This document shows, piece by piece, positions 51,603-64,000 of a stretch of 64,000 nucleotides of DNA. This DNA comes from Lingula anatina (taxonomy: Eukaryota > Animalia > Brachiopoda): positions 5,518,001 to 5,582,000 of the forward strand of contig JBPQGU010000016.1 in NCBI GenBank assembly GCA_051362555.1. Reading direction: 5' to 3'. The notes under the pieces were generated by a model. The model ran no database searches. It was not told the DNA's origin and saw nothing but the letters and a program-made list of their open reading frames with translations. Both the position numbers and the translations under genes were made by a program. The first letter of the stretch is position 1, and each line of letters opens with the position of its first letter.

Positions 51603-52052
51603 TCAGCTGCTTGGATTGCTGACATCTTTGACATACATTGTCTTCAGTTTTTCTGCAATCAGTCCCTTCACAACCCTGTGAGCTGGCTGGTGCTGGAAGG
51701 CGAGTGTGGCATCCTTCCCAGCATGCTTCAGTATGATGTCACCTCCTGGATGTTGGGACACGTAGCCACTGATGTCGTACATCTAACATACAAAAAAGGG
51801 GAAAAACATGTTGAAATTGAAACATCATTCTTAAAATGGCCCAACATCCTGCTCTCACAGCTACTTTCTTGATATATCTGATAATTAAGCCAATCTTGGG
51901 GAAAAAAATGCGTGCACCTTATTATCAATAATTATCCATGGCGGATTGTCACCAGAGCTGCATGAAATGTCCATTATCCCCGACTCTGTCGTCATGTTTT
52001 TCCAGGTTACCTTGGTGTTGTTTCTTTTGTAGTTGCAGTGCTTCAGAGGCAT
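51603..52052 (-). CDS. Small cytochrome b5 heme-binding domain protein (~104 aa, no membrane anchor)
   Basis: Exons 52052-51918 and 51782-51603 give ...PPWIIIDNK|MYDISGYVSQHPGGDIILKHAGKDATLAFQHQPAHRVV...SNPSS*. The WIII-DNK-xYD, HPGG and AGKDAT motifs are diagnostic of cytochrome b5. The ORF track misses this gene. Confidence 0.85.
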
Positions 52053-52399
52053 GTAACCTTAAATAAGAGAGCATTGAAGAAAACTGAAAAGTCATGTTAT
52101 TTTTATATATTTTCTCTCTTTTTTTGTATTATTAATTCAGAGAGAGAGAGAGGAATTGCAGGTCCAATGACACAAATAAAACAATCATTAGTGTCAGCAC
52201 TGTCTTGAGTAATAAGTGAAACACAACTGCCTGCTGTGCAGTATAACTGGGGTTGTAAACCACTCTCCAAGGGAATAAAATCTATCAGTAAACATTCCAA
52301 ACAAGAGAAGTTTTCCTAATATTACATAAAACATTTTGAAAACTTTCTGTTTTGGACTGAATTAATTTAATGCAAAATGATTACTCCAACGTAAATTAA

Positions 52400-53350
52400 C
52401 CATGCACTGACTGTGACAGTCAGAATTTTCTCGTTTTATGGGGTACTGCCATACAATGGTGACCGTATCCGGTCATTCTTCTTTCCTAATTTGTCAGAAT
52501 TCCCAGAACTGAGTACATCTTTTTATTATTGTCATTATTTACTCATTATTATACTGAATGAAAGCTTTAAAACCTCTAATTGGTGAGCTGAAGACAGTGA
52601 AATGTCACCCTGCAAAACGTAAGCAGACGAACTCTTTCAAGTTTAGTCGAGAGTCTGTCATTTTCATATTTTACATTGAACCTGTCCGTGATTTTACTGT
52701 AATGATCACAATGTCAGACGATGACTCATTTCTTCGCTCTTGAAATGGCCGCCTAAATGCACACTGTCAGACCAATCTTACTCAGTCTTATCTTAAGACC
52801 TAAGCTTTACTGTTACATCCTCAATCAACCTGTTCCAAAACAGCTACGGAGCATGATATATTTTTACTCCATTTGATGTGCAGCAGACGCAGATTTGCGT
52901 TACCAGTGTTTATAAAAAATAAATAAAATACCACCTGATATAACATAAATGTACTAGCAAATTAAATAATCATTATTAGCATTTTGCCCAGAAATTTCAT
53001 CGAGTGCGGGATTGCAATGAGAGACTTGTGGGAGTTACCAATATGGCGGTGTAGCAAAATGCACCAGGAAAAGATTGTAAACACGATTTGAGGTCAGAAA
53101 AAAAACTAAATATGGTTTGCTGACAATAAGGATCGGCGTGTAAGTAATTTGGTCGTTTATTTTAAATGACAGGTTATTGTTATAATTTACATTTATGGTG
53201 AATGTGTAATGATGATGCATAATAATGAGTTATTATGTACGAGTAATACGCATACGACCGATGTCTAAAAAAATATCACGGGCGGTTAATATGAGTTCGC
53301 GTCCGATTGATTTTTTTAATGGCATAGCAAAATCAGTCGCATAAAATCGT
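52400..53350. promoter_or_regulatory. Probable bidirectional promoter and 5'-UTR exons for the cytochrome b5-like gene and aftiphilin
   Basis: CpG-enriched stretch between divergent genes. YY1-like AAATGGCCGC (~52743) and ATATGGCGG (~53041). Plus-strand donors GTAAGC at 52619 and GTAAGT at 53140. Confidence 0.55.
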
Positions 53351-54301
53351 ATGCTTTCATGAAGGACAAGAAAAAAATGCCCTTATGATTTCTACTTTCT
53401 CTACTTCTATGTTGATACCTACTTAAGCCAGGCACTCATTGAGTCACTGTGGAAAAATTAATGTAACTAAGAATGATGTTTTTCTAACACACTGGAGATG
53501 TTCACTGATTCTGCATAGTAAGGCTCTGTGGTAATAATCATATAAATGGTATATTGCACAAGATATGTTTGTTATTTGTTTTAGCAAATTAATGTGTCAT
53601 ATTAAAATGAGCACTACAGTGCCACACAGCACAGTTGACTAGAGAGAACAACTCCATTCACTAGTAAACATAGGAAACGGTCATTCTCAAGAAGATAGAT
53701 TGATAAAAAGTGAATATATTACTAGGTAATTAATATTGTTGATCCAACTTGACATACAAGTATGTTTGTTTATAAATCATCAGGTTGTACACCATATAAT
53801 ATAACTTAATATATATTTCAGATGACCCAACATAAACAAATCTTCAGACTAAATCATACCAATTTTTCAAAATTGGATCAATGATAATTACCTAGCAATA
53901 TATTTTGCTTTTAAATAACCTTATTTTGATGCAAATGACAGTTTTCAGTGTTTATTTGCATCCTGATTCCTTTTATTTAGTGTATTGCACATTTTAGTAT
54001 GACTAGTGATATGTGCCCGTAGTTCTCATGAATCTTCTGGTAAGAGTAGACTAGAAATGTAACAGGGTGTCCATGTTACAGTCATATGATTTTTTTTTTT
54101 TTTTATCAAAGCACAAGGAACGCCATTTACCCAGACAGGTTTTCCTGCAGCATTCATATCCCCAAAATTATATTTCTCCACATAATACACTGCCACACTA
54201 TAACTTCTCCCTCTTTAGTTTTTAAAGTATGTATTTTTGAAAAAAAACTGTATATTGTCTGTGTTTATTGATAAGACAAAAGACAACTGGCATTGATAAA
54301 A

Positions 54302-54657
54302 CAGACATGCTGAAACTGTCGGTCCGATCAGTCATGACCAGGAAAATTTGTCTGGACCAGTAAAAAATTGGACTTGGTTGGTCCAAAGGACCGACAAGAG
54401 TTTTAAGAGCCGCAATTTTGAATTTACAGTCATTTGACATACGTCACTAATAAAATTGTATAAAACCCAGTGTTTTTTCCTTTCCATTTCAAACCTATCA
54501 CATTCACAAACAAAGTAAGCTACCCTAATCGTACTGGTAGTATCTGTCTCAAATGAATAGTGATTTTTGGTCTGACAAAAAACCATTCGGACCGGCACAT
54601 TTTTCATTACTGCCGGTCCAAATGTTCGGCCATTCCGAAAAGTTTTCAGCATGTCTG
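54302..54657. mobile_element. hAT-like MITE, 356 bp
   Basis: Perfect 14-bp TIRs CAGACATGCTGAAA ... TTTCAGCATGTCTG, with ATAAAA directly repeated on both flanks. Confidence 0.8.
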
Positions 54658-55057
54658 ATAAAACCAATAATAAGTGAAAGTTAACTACATTAAGAAATCA
54701 CAAGCAAGTTACCTCAAGGGCAGTAGAATGGACATATTTCTTTCCCACAAAATTGCTTATAACTCATATGTTGAATGTACAGGTATTTTCAAAGTCTTTA
54801 TTTTTTACACAGCTAATGTGAAGTAGCCTTGGTGTATTTGTTTTAATCAACAGCTAACCAGCCACCACTGGTGAAAATTGGATGTTGAAAAAAACTGCAA
54901 GGTAGCTTGTTAGTAACATGCAGTATTATAGATAACAGTGGCTTAGACTTTAAAAGTAAAAGTTTTCTCATAGCTTTGTCTTTAAAATGAAAATATCATT
55001 TATATTTTGACTGATTTGCCCTTGTTTTGTGTCTGGGATGTGCCTGAATGTAACTTA

Positions 55058-55272
55058 GACCCCATTTCCAGAGATTAGATCGATCTACTTTAGATCGACC
55101 TAACTCCCTGGGGGTTCACGCTAAATAGCTGTCAGCCGAGCGGACACGAAAGTTAATTACCCCCTTACAGCTTGTAGTAGGCGGGACGGACATTTAAGCT
55201 GGATTATCTGACAGTAATCTAGTGAGACTCCCTGCGGGGATAGATCGATCTAAAAGCTCTGGGAATACAGCC
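55058..55272 (+). mobile_element. PIF/Harbinger-like MITE, same family as 45599
   Basis: 215 bp, near-identical to 45599-45813, with a TTA duplication. Confidence 0.82.
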
Positions 55273-55729
55273 TTATTAAATTTATAGTATATACGGCATG
55301 CTCTCATGTCAGTTTTCTCATGTTCAAAGAGCACCTGTTACTTAAAAGCTGTATTTTAATTACGCAGCTCTTCAAATATTGAATTATTAAAGTAATTCAA
55401 TATTTGAAGAGCTGTGTATTTAAGCAGGCTAGTCAAGTTAATATCAAAGCCCAATGTTTATGAGCCCTTTTGAGTGTTACACTTCAATTAAACTTAAGTA
55501 TCATATTTCTCAAATTTTGATTGGTCTACTAGTTTTTTTTTGTTTTTACATTTCATATTGAATGCAAAATAGGGATTTTTGAGCATTATAAAGAATGCTT
55601 TTATTGAACATATACTTATTTAAATCATTCAGAAGACGTCAGACTTTTAATCAGTCAGTGTTAACTTGAGATAAGATATTGTATTTTTTTTTCCAGATAT
55701 ACTCTTGGAGTTGGCCTTTTCCAAGCAGC

Positions 55730-58700
55730 ATGTCATCTAACTTCATCCCCATGCTTTCGTCAAGTCCTCCTCCTCTGGATGAGATCCAGTCATTTGACGA
55801 TGGCTGGGGAACAGAGGATGGAGATGATGAATTTGGAGGCTTTGCCAGTGCTGAGACAAGCCCTTCAAAGCAGGGACCATTTGGTGATGAGTTTGGGGGC
55901 TTTGCAAGTGTAGAAAAAGGTCCAACAAATCAACCATCTCTTGAAAAATCCAGTAGTGATGATTTTTCCTCAAGCTCAACATCATTAAATAAAGCACCAA
56001 ACCATACTGAGTTCTGTGGGAATTCCACTCATGACGACCCAGGTGATTGGCAAAATTTTGCAGACTTTACCTCTTTTCCGTCTTCATCAGACCCTATCAG
56101 TTGTGATGACTGGGTGACAGAAGAGAGAAGTCCCCACACTAATAATGAGGAATCGGGTGAAAGTGACTGCAGAGAAGATGCTGCTCCTAACTGTACCTCA
56201 GATATGCGTCGGAGCAGCAGTAGTGTTCAGGATGATTTCAGTCGTTCCACAGTTGACTCAGGAGTGGAGGTGAAAATCAACGCTCAGAACAAGATGGTCA
56301 ATGGTAACACAGCAGGACAAGATGGCATCCATATGGTTGTCAGCCCAGTGAGCACTGACGATATTTCATGGGGAGATGATGGATTTAGTGAGTTTACTTC
56401 AGGGTCAGTCATTGAAACAAATGAAGAAATTCAGCTGGCAGAAAATGATATGAATGATGATAGTGAACCTAAGTCTGAAATATCAGAACTTAATAATCAA
56501 ATTATCGAGAATGCAATTCCAAATTCCTCGGCGTCTCTTCTAGGAAAAGCATTTTCCAGCTCTTCTTGCAGTGACGAAGATGATACCTTAGCTGATGATA
56601 AATGTGAGAAAATGAGGACTTCAGAAAACATTTCCCCTACAGAAAATTCAGTAATTCCATCAGATTCAGCCAACCACTGTGTTCAATTGCCATGCAGTTC
56701 ACAGGGAAACGAAAATAACAATATGTCAGCTACTCCACAGTATTCTGATGATACAAACCAAAGTGAATTGGAGCAGGAAGCATCCCAGGATAATGATGGC
56801 ATTAAGAGGACCTCAGACACTGGTGACGGTATGATCATGTCAGGTATGCAATACGATAGTTCTGATAAACATACATTGGCAATGGAAGAGCCAAGTGCAA
56901 CAGTGTCAGATAATGAAATCTTACCTGGTTCTGGAGATGTCAGTTCAGAAAAGTCAGACAACAAAGAGGAAGACTGGCTAGAAGCAGAAATCCAGAATGA
57001 GCAGAATTTAACTTTGCAGGATAACAGTACAGGGGAGAGCAAAGATGCAACAAATAAGAATCTTTCCGAGGAGGAGTCTTTGAACAGTTTTGACAATAAT
57101 GATGCCTCGTTTGCAGCTTTCCAGTCAACAGAGGGTGCTAGTGATGGGGGATGGGCAGCGTTTGAAGACACTGAAGTATCAGGCCAAGATGGCGGTTGGG
57201 CAACATTCCAGGATGCCGCACCGGATGGTGCTGTGTCAGCAGCGGACTTTGGAGACTTTACTGCTTCAGATGATGTTGATGACTTTGGGGATTTCAACAA
57301 AAATAACCAGGAGGATGGGGGTGATGATTTTGGCAAATTTAGTGTGAAAGAGGAGAATGGGGAGGGGGATGATGACTTTGGAGACTTTGGCAATTTTAGC
57401 ACCATAAAAGAAGATGACTTAAATTTATCAAAGGATAGTGAGAATGACTTTGGGCAGTTTCAGGAGGATGGCAATGATGACTTTGGTGATTTCAATATGG
57501 GCCAAGATGCAGATGACTTTGAAAATTTTGATGATACTGGGAGTGGGAATGGTTTTGGTGCTTTTGATTCTCATGAGCCTCAGCGGGATGTGTCTCTTTC
57601 CAAGGTAAAGTATGCTCTACTCTGTGCATATTGCTAGAGTGCCATTGAAAATTAAGAAATTGAGATGAAAATAAAATGAAAATTAAGATAACAGTATTTG
57701 TTTTATTTGATATCTTTGTACAAAGACTAATAAGTATATATTTTAGTGGCATTGTCTTTAAAATTGCTATTGATTTCTTGCATCCTTGAAATCATATTAA
57801 AAAATTTATTTTGTCATATTTCAGACCTCCAATGCCAGTCCTGTGTTCAATCTGTTATCTAAATGTTTTATGTCATATTTCAGACCTCCAATGCCAGCCC
57901 TGTGTTCAATCTGTTATCTAAATGTTTTATGTCATATTTCAGACCTCCAATGCCAGCCCTGTGTTCAATCTGTTATCTAAATGTTTTATGTCATATTTCA
58001 GACCTCCAATGCCAGCCCTGTGTTCAATCTGTTATCTAAATGTTTTATGTCATATTTCAGACCTCCAATGCCAGCCCTGTGTTCAATCTGTTATCTAAAT
58101 GTTTTATGTTATATTTCAGACCTCCAATGCCAGCCCTGTGTTCAATCTGTTATCTAAATGTTTTATGTCATATTTCAGACCTCCAATGCCAGCCCTGTGT
58201 TCAATCTGTTATCTAAATGTTTTATGTCATATTTCAGACCTCCAATGCCAGCCCTGTGTTCAATCTGTTATCTAAATGTTTTCCCCAAACAGCAAAGGAG
58301 GACGCCTCTTTTTCCTTCAGCAAACTCCTTGATGTCATATCCACCCAGACAGGAATACAGATGGAGAAACTCTCAGCCAATCAGGGGTATGCATAGACTT
58401 TGCAGCAATGTTGTATGGAGAATTACTTACCTGAGAAATAATTGATAAGTTATCATTTATGTTTATTTGTGTGATTTTTTATGTACAGACACAGATGTGT
58501 CTGTACATATTGCCATCACCTGCGTCTGTCGTCGCCGTCGTTGCCGATGGCGATGCCGATGCCGATGCCGTGCACTTTCTTTGTAAACACGATAAGTGGA
58601 ACACAGTTTTATTTTGTGCTTTTATATTTACAGAGCTGATGAATATTCATAAAACGCAGGTCAAGTTCGAAAATCAGCATGATCGGGCCATTATAGAAGA

Positions 58701-61447
58701 AGTTATGCTGTTTTTTCACTTTTCAGCATATATACAACCCTGTAAACACATTTAAAGGAAAACCGTTAAGCCTGTTGTCATGAAACTCACAGGAGTAATC
58801 AATCTTACTAAAACGCAGGACAAGTTCGAAAAACGGCATGATCGGGCCACTATTTTAGTAGTTATGCTGATTTTTTCATTTTTCAGTATATATGCAACAC
58901 TGTAAACACAATATAAGAAAAACAGATAGGCCAATTGTCATTAAACTCACAAAAGTGGTCAATCTTACTAAAACTCAAGTTGAGTTCGAAAATCAGCATA
59001 ATCGGGCCATTATTTTAGAAGTTATGCTGTTTTTTTCACATTTCCTGAGATTCAATTCTTAGGCATGTTAACAGTCTCATTATTGAACTAATAAGATGCG
59101 TAAAAGTGTTTGTTTGACATTTCCTGCATCTTTACAATATTGTTAGTTGATTATGTAAAAATTATGGTAAACTTGTTATCGTGTATTGTGTAATAAAGTG
59201 TCAAAAATGGAATCAAACTCATATCATTGCATTTTGTCAGATTCAATCATTCAGTATGTTCAGAATCTCAGAATGGAGGAAATTGGACATTTAACACTGT
59301 TCTATTGATATTATTCCCACCTCATCAATTTTCTTTGTTGATCATATAAAAAGTGCAGTAAACTGTTTATTTTGTTTTATGTTAAAAAAAGTGTTAAAAA
59401 TGGAAATAAACCCATGTCAGAACAGTGCTGTCTTGTTTACATTTTGGCATTTTCAAGGTGTGACTTTGAAGTTCCATTGGCCTGAAGACCTTTGCTGGTC
59501 ATGTTTTCTGAATGTCCATGTTACTAATATTTTATTATTGAAAATTGATGGTCATTATGCTGTTAAACATTATGTAATGTTGCATCAAAATTTGAAGAAA
59601 CCCCTATTTTGGGCACTGCTCCCATGATGACCATTTCAGAAAAACCATGTCACTTACTGCTTTCAAACTAACAGGAAAGAAACATGGGACTAAAATACAG
59701 CTTCAGTAGGCAATGCAGTCTGTTTGGTAAATTTTCTGGCAATTAAAGTTTTTTGTGAAAATTTAATTTTTCACATATTTTTCAGCTTATATGCAACACT
59801 GATAACACAATATAAGAAAAACAGATAGGCCAATTGTCATTATACTCACAGGAGTGGTCAATCTTACTAAAACGCAGGTTGAGTTCGAAAATCAGCATAA
59901 TCGGGCCATTATTTTAGAAGTTATGCTGTTTTTTTTCACATTTCCTGAGATTCAATTCTTAGGCATGTTAACAGTCTCATTATTGAACTAATAAGATGCG
60001 TAAAAGTGTTTGTTTGACATTTCCTGCATCTTTACAATATTGTTAGTTGATTATGTAAAAATTATGGTAAACTTGTTATCGTGTTTTGTGTAATAAAGTG
60101 TCAAAAATGGAAATAAACTCATATTATTGCAGTTTGTCAGATTCAATCATCCACTATGTTCAGAATCTCAGAATGGAGGAAGTTGGACATTTAACACTGC
60201 TCTGTTGATATTTTTCCCATCTCATCAATTTTCTTAGTTGATCATATAAAAATGGCAGTAAACTGTTAATTTTGTTTTATGTTAAAATTGTTAAAAATGG
60301 GGAAAAACATTTCAGAACAGTGCTGTCTTGTTTACATTTTGGCATTTTCAAGGTGTGACTTTGAAGTTCCATGGGCCTGAAGACCTTTGCTAATCACATT
60401 TTCTGAATATCCATAATACTAATATTTTATTAATAAAAGTTGATGGTCATTATGCTGTTAAACATTATGTAATATTGCATCAAAATTTGAAAAAAACATA
60501 TTTTGGGCACTGCTCCCATGATGACCATTTCAGAAAAACCATGTCACTTACTGTTCTCAAACTTACAGGAAAGAAACCTGGGACTAAAATACAGCTTCAG
60601 TAGGCAATGCAATCTGTTTGGTAATTCTTACTGCCAGTTAAACAGTTTTTTTGTGAAACTTTAATTTTTCACATATTGGAATTTTCAAGGTGTGACTTTG
60701 AAGTTCCACGGGCTTGAATACCCATGCTAGTCACATTTTCTGAAAATACATGATACGTATATTTTATTATTAAAAATTGACGGTCATTATGCTGTTAACC
60801 ATTATGTAATATTGCATCAGAATAGAAGAAAACACAATTTTGGGTGCTGCTGCCATGATGACCATTATGGGCAAACCATGTTACTTATGATTGCCAAACT
60901 TTCAAAAAAGAAATGCAGGACTAAAAATGCAGTCTGAGTTGGAAAAACAGTCTAATTGGCTTCTTTTTCTGGAAGTTATACATTTTCAAAGTGCGAACTT
61001 GAACGCCCATGGGCCTGAAGCCTTATGCTTGTTACACACTTTACTTACATTGGTATTACCTATTGAGCATAATTAAAATTTGATGTTGAATTTGTAGTTT
61101 AACATAATGTACTTTTGCATCAGAATTGACAGTAGCCTATTTTGTGCATAGTTATTTCCTGCTTTTTGTCTGTACATTTGACAGCTTTGCTGCCTTGTTA
61201 AAATATTTTGTCTTCTTATACCCTTCGATAAGCCACTAGGATAGGTTGTGTAACTTCTACATCATTTGACTAAAATTTCTTTATATTTATTTAATGAATT
61301 TTATTTTCCCACTTCAGGAAGAGCTGTCTGAATGTATGGTCTGGTCTCCATGATACAGAGAATACTGAAGCTCTTACGTACCAGTGGTCCAAGTCTGTGT
61401 CCAATGACAAATTGCTCAAAGCTCTCAACATTGATACAAGGAACATT
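55730..61447 (+). CDS. AFTPH: Aftiphilin, first three coding exons; the gene continues past the window
   Basis: Exons 55730-57604, 58238-58386 and 61318-61447. The N-terminus [13 protein letters not shown]...DEFGGF, the acidic FGDF/FGGF and WAAF/WATF adaptor-ear-binding motifs, and [25 protein letters not shown] (human LRYQWGGSHSNKKLLSSLGIDTRNI) identify it. Confidence 0.93.
57811..58282 (+). repeat. 59-bp tandem array, 8 copies, spanning an aftiphilin acceptor site
   Basis: ATATTTCAG ends at 57824, 57883, 57942, 58001, 58060, 58119, 58178 and 58237, each followed by ~45 nt of exon ([15 protein letters not shown]). Confidence 0.95.
58476..61199 (+). mobile_element. HINE family A, complete copy with an internal duplication
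   Basis: Head at 58476 and tail at ~61167-61198. The block ~58880-59780 is repeated at ~59780-60680. Confidence 0.87.
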
Positions 61448-61719
61448 GTAAGTTTTCGTGTGTTTTATGAAAAGTTTTGTAATCATGAGAAAGTCTGCTG
61501 TGAAAGGGGTTGACCAAAAAAATAAAATAAAAAAGTAAAAGTCCAGATTGGTTGCCGGGTATGGACAGACATGTGTTGTCTATAATTCTGTGCTTCCATT
61601 TTTTAAATAAGAAAATGACATTCAAAATTGACTCTGCTTTCATTACTATGGCATGTGCATTATGCATGACTGCGTTACTTAGCCCATTATTTCACTCTAT
61701 GATAAAATACAACTGGAGT

Positions 61720-64000
61720 AATTGTACCACCAGCATTAGCGCTGGCGGTACATATGGTTTTAGTCCCGTCCGGTCCGTTCCGCCGGCTCCTGCGGCTCCG
61801 TGGCCATGTTACCGTTACCGCTTCTCCTCCTAGACGGTAAGGGCCCCCATACCCATCTCTTGGATTTAGGTCACCTATAATCTCAACTCGTTCCACGTAA
61901 AATTTGGGCTTTGTCGGTATTGGGGTCTAGGTGTGGCACTCATTGCAATGCACCCTTGTCCAAAAATGGCAAAATTAAATGCTAATTATCTACCCTACGG
62001 AAGGAATTATGGGAAAAATTTCTACAGACGGCTTTCCAAAAGTCATATGTGTAGATTTCAAATATGCCCTTTGATTTGACCTTTGACCTTTATTTCAAGG
62101 TCAAACAGGCAAAAATTTTCAAAAAAATGAATTTTTTTACGAAAAAAAATTTATTTGCGCTGTTATTCAGACACCACACAGACTTAACCAATAATATTAT
62201 TGGAAAATGTTACCCTTCAGGTCATCTTTCTTCTGTGTGAATTTGGGGTCAATCGGTGCATTTTCACGGGTGTAGCGGCCATAAGATACCGAAACTGAAA
62301 ACTTGCATTTTGTAGAGCATGTAAAGCCCAACACTGGAGGTGGTCTCCGTTTTTTTGTTTTCCATACGGTTTTCGAGTTACGCTGTATCAAAAAGTACAT
62401 ATTGGTGGTGAAAACAAAATGTGCAGTACGGTAATGGATAATAAATTTTGAACTCTGGAAAAGTAAAACATAAGGCTTGGCAAAGCAGACAACTTGTGGT
62501 CAAAAATGACATTATTTCATCAAATTTGAACTTCTGGAACTTCAGAGCACCTCCCATTTCAAGAATTTTTGACCAAAATGACCTTTTCTTTATTTTAATT
62601 AATTTTTTCTGTAGGAAATTTATGGCACATTAAGGTAACTCCGAAATTATAACATTTTGTCCCTTATATCTCCAAAACTGGCAGAGATAGGTCCATAGTT
62701 ACTATTGAAGTTGCATAGGAAGTCATATACTGGCAATCTTACTATGACCTTGAAATTGACCTTTGACCTACTTTTCACCATAAATTGAACTTTGCAAATT
62801 TTGCTTCCCTTTTATCTCCAAAACTGGCAGAGATAGGTCCATAGTTACTATGGAAGTTGAATAGGAAGTCATATACTGGCAATCTAAATGTGACCTTAAA
62901 ATTGACCTTTGACCTACTTTTCACCATGAACTGAACTTTGGAAATTTTGCTTCCCTTTTATCTCCAAAACAAGCAGAGATAGGTCCATAGTTACTATTGA
63001 AGTTGAATAGGAAGTCATATACTGGCAATCTAAATGTGACCTTAAAATTGACCTTTGACCTACTTTTCACCATGAACTGAACTTTGGAAATTTTGCTTCC
63101 CTTTTATCTCCAAAACTAGCAGAGATAGGTCCATAGTTACTATTGAAGTTGAATAGGAAGTCATATATTGGCAATCTAAATGTGACCTTGAAATTGACCT
63201 TTGACCTACTTTTTATCATGAATTGAACTTTGCAAATTTTGGTTCCCTTTTATCTCCAAAACTGGCAGAGATAGGTCCATAGTTACTATTGAAGTTGAAT
63301 AGGAAGTCATATACTGGCAATCTTACTGTGACCTTGAAATTGACCTTTGACCTACTTTTCATCATGAACTGAACTTTGCAAATTTTGCTTCCCTTTTATC
63401 TCCAAAGTTACGCTGTATCAAAAAGTACATTTTGGTGGTTAAAGCAAAATGTGCAGTACGGTAATGGATAATAAATTGTGAACTCCGGAAAAATAAAACA
63501 TAAGGCTTGGCAAAGCAGGCAACTTGTGGTCGAAAATGACATTATTTCATCAAATTTGAACATCTGGAACTTCAGAGTACCTCCCATTTTAAGAGTTTTG
63601 ACCAAAATGACCTTTTCCTTATTTTAATTAATTTTTTCCGTAGGAAATTTATGGCACATTATGGTAACTCCAAAATTATAACATTTAGTCCCTTATATCT
63701 CCAAAACTGGCAGAGATAAGTCCATAGTTACTATTGAAGTTGAATAGGAAGTCATGTACTGGCAATCTTACTGTGACCTTGAAATTGACCTTTGACCTAC
63801 TTTTCACCATGAACTGAACTTTGCAAATTTTGCTTCCCTTTTATCTCCAAAAGTAGCAGAGATAGGTTCATAGTTACTATTGAAGTTGAATAGGAAGTCA
63901 TATACTGGCAATCTAAGTGTGACCTTGAAATTGACCTTTGACCTACTTTTCACCATGAACTGAACTCTGCTAATTTCTTTCTCTTTTAACTCCAAACCTG
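61720..64000 (+). mobile_element. HINE family B, cut by the window edge
   Basis: Head hairpin at 61723, an interior collinear with the 39487 copy, and 146-bp repeats. Confidence 0.87.

Noticed and set aside
56683-57405. 240-aa Ser-rich minus-strand ORF
   Set aside because: It is the antisense shadow of the acidic aftiphilin exon.

Overview
AT-rich, intron-rich animal genomic DNA, not prokaryotic. An invertebrate such as a mollusc or other lophotrochozoan is my inference from the repeat types. By hand I spliced six genes: the 3' end of MAX (+), a complete FNTB (-), a complete GH35 beta-galactosidase-1-like gene (GLB1L2/3-like, -), a complete ERMARD (+), a small soluble cytochrome b5-domain gene (-) and the 5' part of aftiphilin (+). 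Large introns are filled by non-autonomous Helentron-type (HINE/DINE-1-like) elements carrying ~161-bp and 146-bp internal tandem repeats, and by several MITEs. The most unusual signal is that nearly every non-transposon minisatellite is a tandem amplification of an exon-intron junction. Seven arrays (42-80-bp units, 3 to ~29 copies) copy a real splice site plus the exon edge, one decayed duplicate does the same, and two more arrays lie within ~55 nt of a splice site. Other notable points: all intronic HINEs lie sense to their host gene, the MAX-FNTB neighbourhood matches human, one MITE has its interior flipped relative to its ends, and there is one GC-AG intron. Homology calls rest on recalled protein motifs; no database search was run.
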